A stretch of DNA of 63,088 nt, counting the filler, from Scyliorhinus canicula (Eukaryota): the NCBI RefSeq assembly GCF_902713615.1. It is 4 parts of 4 records of this genome, joined end to end, with 100 filler letters (N's around TTAATTAATTAA, not from the genome) between each part and the next. Parts side by side here need not be neighbours in the genome. Positions count along the whole stretch, not along the records: positions 59,049 to 63,088 come from NC_052162.1; 3 more parts are not named here. One strand, given 5' to 3'. The translations under genes were made by a program, and so were the position numbers. Positions 58,949 through 63,088 of this stretch are shown in pieces. Under the pieces are notes generated by a model. The model was not told the DNA's origin and did no database searches. It was given only the letters and a program-made list of their open reading frames with translations. How positions within the stretch are numbered: position 1 is the first letter of the stretch; each line of letters opens with the position of its first letter.

Positions 58949-60029
58949 NNNNNNNNNNNNNNNNNNNNNNNNNNNNNNNNNNNNNNNNNNNNTTAATTAA
59001 TTAANNNNNNNNNNNNNNNNNNNNNNNNNNNNNNNNNNNNNNNNNNNNTCGGCCTCCATGCAGAAAAAGATAGGTAACATTCAGCCTTCGCTCGATAAAG
59101 GGGAAACAGCATTCAATTAATAGTGTCAATCATTGGCCATTCTATCAAGACAAAATCTAAACATCTCCACTTAATATTAAAAGAATTTACCACCGCTGAC
59201 TCCGAGACAAGCAACATTGTTGTGGGAGCACAATACATAATCAACATAACTGAAGCATCATTATGTGCAATGCATCTACAATAGCAGGCCAGAGGCAGTA
59301 TATGATATTGGAGTGGCGGACCTCCTGATTCCCCAAAGTCTGTCCACCACTTTCAATTAAAATTTAAGAATTTGATTAAGTGCTCTCCACTTGACTGGAA
59401 TTGAGTAGTTCAAACAACAGGCTTATGATTAGGCCGGAAGAAGCACACGTTGTGCAACTAATACCGTTCCTTGCATTTGTAAAACATTAGAAACCATCTA
59501 GGATAAAGGTAAATCTGGCTGATCTGGTTTATTTGTGATTAGGTTAATGGTTTGTACTCTTTATGCCTGGTTCTAAACTATTTTTCAATTCACGTTGTTA
59601 ATTTATCATGGCTATCATGGATTTAGTTCCATGACTAGTCTTCCCGACAGGACCGATCATCCTACAATCTACATACTGAAGTCCCAATAGACCACATCTA
59701 ATTCACTGTCCTCATGCGTACTCTTTGTTACGTATGCAAAACATCCGTTATATTGGTCAAATGCTATATTCCCTGACGATACTTTGGTTCACCTGCGCCT
59801 TTCTGAAGGAAAATGTATCACGTCTCTTTATTTTTTCCCTTTCCAATATTTTCCCACAACTGAGTTTTTTGGCTGTCTTGTGGTTACTCAGTCTATCCGT
59901 TTCGCCCCTATTTAAACAACCGTAAAAGTAAGCTGTGCTTTTACCCTTTGCTGCATTGCTGGATATCACAAAGTAAAAGAAACTGATGGTCATGACTTCC
60001 CTTCTTTACTTCACAGCCAAACATTAATT

Positions 60030-60345
60030 TCCATAGAATCCATAGAAGCCCTACAGTGCAGATGGAGGCCATTCGGCCCATTGAGTCTCCCATGAGCCTC
60101 TGAAAGAGCGCCCTACCTGGACCCACTCCCCGTAACCAAGGAACGCCACATAATATTTGGAATTTAAAGGACAAGTTAACACGGCCAATCCACCTAACCT
60201 AAACAGTTTTTGACTGCGGGGGAAACCGGCGCCCCGGAGATAACCCACGCAGACATGGGAAGAATGTGTAAACTCAAAGAAAACAGTCAGCCAAGGTGGT
60301 AAACTGGCGCTTTGAGGCAGTAGTGCTAAATAGTGTGCCACCATG
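60030..60345 (-). mobile_element. Older V-SINE
   Basis: Diverged head, V-domain and tail. Confidence 0.75.
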
Positions 60346-61624
60346 TCACCAGATGGCAGGGCGGGGCCATGAGCTGTATCCACTTTCAAACGGATTAAAC
60401 TGATTATGTTTTTCCCTCTCATTATGTGAATTGTGTGATATGCCTACATCAAGGGGAAAGCAGTTGTTTAAGAAGGTGACATTTTACCATTTCTCAAGGA
60501 CAAGTATCACCAGAGAAAGAATTCCGACCTTGACAACTATTTCCACATCAGATGATTGAAAATATATGAAAACGGAGGCAGTATCTGACGTAATATGAAC
60601 AGTGGCATCATAGTGTGTGAGGCGTTGCCAGTCTCGTGTATTTTAAACGAGCCATCTTTCACAGCCACCTGGTTACCAATGATTGTCGTTTCTCTTCTTA
60701 TGAAATTCTTGATTTTCGTCCAGTTGTTGATGCTAATGTATTAATACACGTCTATGGAATTTTAATAACACGAAATTAAATATTGCTGAATAGGTGATGA
60801 AGAAAATCTACTGTTGTGAATTTAGCTTGCATTATTTAGAAATAATATGCTCTTTATGAATATGCTCACAGAAACAAATACATGCATTACCATATATTTA
60901 GGTACAGCCAGTAACCACGGCAAAAGTAGATGTCAAATCCCACACTAAATCAATCATTCGAATTAAACTAATGTGTGCAATACCCACAGTTGCAAGTAAT
61001 TCGTAAGTTACTATCTTCAACACAACAAATATTCCCAAGACGTCGTTCAGATTGCAGTGCAATATGGTTTATCTTTAGTTCTTTTTCTATACTTAAATTC
61101 ACCTTTGAGATAATGGTAAAATATATGTAAACGTTCAGCACATTATAACCCACAAAATATTAAAGAAACCAGAAAATGTATGCAGCTGCTAATGGCTGGA
61201 GGCAAGACTAAGAATATTATTTCAACAAAAAAGGATTGCATCCTCCCAAACACTTAACACTTTGTATCTTAATTTATAAAGAGACATTCGTCTCCTTTTA
61301 TCCGTCTAACTATTTAATGCATGCATAAAATAGATGTAAAAATAAAGGGGTCTGGCCTGAGAATATTGTAACCAGAGACAGTGTCCTCTGCAGTCAAGAC
61401 AGATAAAAGACCATTTATAATATAAGCAGTGATATCTTTTGGTGTAGCAACAAAAAATATTGAACTGGCATCTATGAAAGGACTCGTGGAACTGAAGCAC
61501 TGAGATGGTCTCATATAATATATACCGCAGCCTTCGATGGTGCAGAAGTAACGGAGGCAAGATCGATTGTGATATAAACGGGGAGGTGGTACAGTGCAAT
61601 TTAAGCAAGTACATGTTTTAGTTG

Positions 61625-61790
61625 AGGACCTGGGTTCGAATCCCCGCCCTGTGAGGAGTTTGCACATTCTCCCCGTGTCTGCGTGGGTTTCGCCCCCACA
61701 ACCCAAAGATGTGCAGGGTAGGTGGGTAGGCCACGTTAAATTGCCCCTTAATTGGAAAGAATAATTGGGTACACTAAATTTATTTTTTAA
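61625..61790 (+). mobile_element. Partial V-SINE
   Basis: GGGTTCGAATCCC...GGAGTTTGCACATTCTCCCCGTGTCTGCGTGGG. Confidence 0.8.
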
Positions 61791-62282
61791 AAGTATATGT
61801 TTTGGTGCAGTAATGACTGAAAAATGGCGGAGTTTATAATGTAGCTGGGCCCAGAACTAATTGTCCTCATATCCGGAGCGTCAAATTCAGCATGGCATAC
61901 GTGGAGACCTGGCCAGGTTATTGTCCATCAACACCCTCAACAACTTAAACACTTATTTCAAAATATATCTTAATTCAATCTGCTGCAGGGAAAATGCGCA
62001 GCTTCTCTCATTCATCCAATAATGCACGGTCCTCATTATATCGTGTAATATCCATTGACAGCTGCTTCAATACCCGAAGTTCTATTGTGTAGAAGGACAA
62101 GCACAGCAGGTCAATGACTGCACCACCCTCTGCACTCCAAGTCACACACAGTATCCTGGTTTGCAAATTTGTTGTATTTTCTTCGTTGTTGATGAGTCAA
62201 AATGAAGATGCTCCCTTTCTTATAACACTGTTTACTTTGCGCTTCATGATTACAGTATTCCAATGTGTCTCGTCAACATTAC

Positions 62283-62465
62283 TGGGGCTGGTTTAGCTCA
62301 CTCAGCTAAATCGCTGGCTTTTAAAGCAGGCCAGCAGCACGGTTCGGTTCCCGTACCAGCCTCCCCGGACAGGCGCCGGAATGTGGCGACTAGGGGCTTT
62401 TCACAGTAACTTCATTGAAGCCTACTCGTGACAATAAGTGATTTTCATTTTCATTTCATTTCATC
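62283..62465 (+). mobile_element. Second SINE family copy, (CATTT)n tail
   Basis: GGGGCTGGTTTAGCTCACTCAGCTAAATCGCTGG...GTGACAATAAGTGATTTTCATTTTCATTTCA. Confidence 0.88.
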
Positions 62466-62789
62466 TTCACCACGAATGTGTAACACGTTTTGACGTTCTC
62501 AAAAACTTCCAAATCTGTTATTAAGTAAAACTATTGATTAATGACGAAGGGCCTACCTAGAGTGATATAAACATCCGCATGATGCAGTGTCTGCTCCAGC
62601 TCATGCAAGTACACTATCATTGCCACCTGCTGGCAAAAGATTCTCCTTGTTAATAGTTTAAAATGTCGCCATCGCCTGCTGTTTCTCATATTAATATCCC
62701 TAAAAACAAAGGAGATCACATACCAGATGTACCATAATGTTCCAAAAGGCCCAAAAGTATAACAATCGCAAATTTAAGTGCATAGACAG

Positions 62790-63088
62790 ACAGAACAGTA
62801 CAGGCCCTTCGGCCCTCGATGTTGTGCTGAGCAATGATCACCCTACTTAAACCCACGTAACCCGTATACCCGTAACCCAACCATCGCCCCATTAGCCTTA
62901 CACTACGGGCAATCTAGCATGGCCAATCCACCTAACCCGCACATCTTTCGACTGTGGGAGGAAACCGGAGCACCCGGAGGAAACCCACGCACACACGGGG
63001 AGAACGTGCAGACTCCACACAGACAGTGACCCAGCCGGGAATCGAATCTGGGACCCTGGAGCTGTGAAGCATTGATGCTAACCACCAT
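62790..63088 (-). mobile_element. V-SINE running off the window end
   Basis: Same family as 12415. Confidence 0.9.

Overview
This is vertebrate genomic DNA, almost certainly from a shark, with 4 assembly gaps. At 7.9-9.7 kb on the minus strand is one complete, unrearranged IgM-type heavy-chain minicluster (leader-VH-D1-D2-JH) with all six RSS in correct 12/23 pairing. No constant exon is recognisable in the roughly 7.9 kb downstream of JH, which is filled with tandem repeats. The 27-51 kb region is a scrambled, segmentally duplicated tRNA cluster (Val, Arg, Asn, Pro, His; most copies degenerate, His perfect). It holds two 5'-truncated TCR alpha/delta-like V relics that keep 23-RSSs, nested inverted duplications, and four tRNA-Pro genes covering all three anticodons (AGG, TGG twice, CGG) with an 18-nt insert at the canonical 37/38 intron position. 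The rest is V-SINEs and other SINEs, CR1 (one near-intact), Rex1 and RTE LINEs, Penelope-type termini with minimal hammerhead motifs, a solo LTR and minisatellites. Most ORF-track entries are repeat artefacts. RSS, Ig exon and tRNA coordinates were counted by hand; repeat boundaries are approximate.
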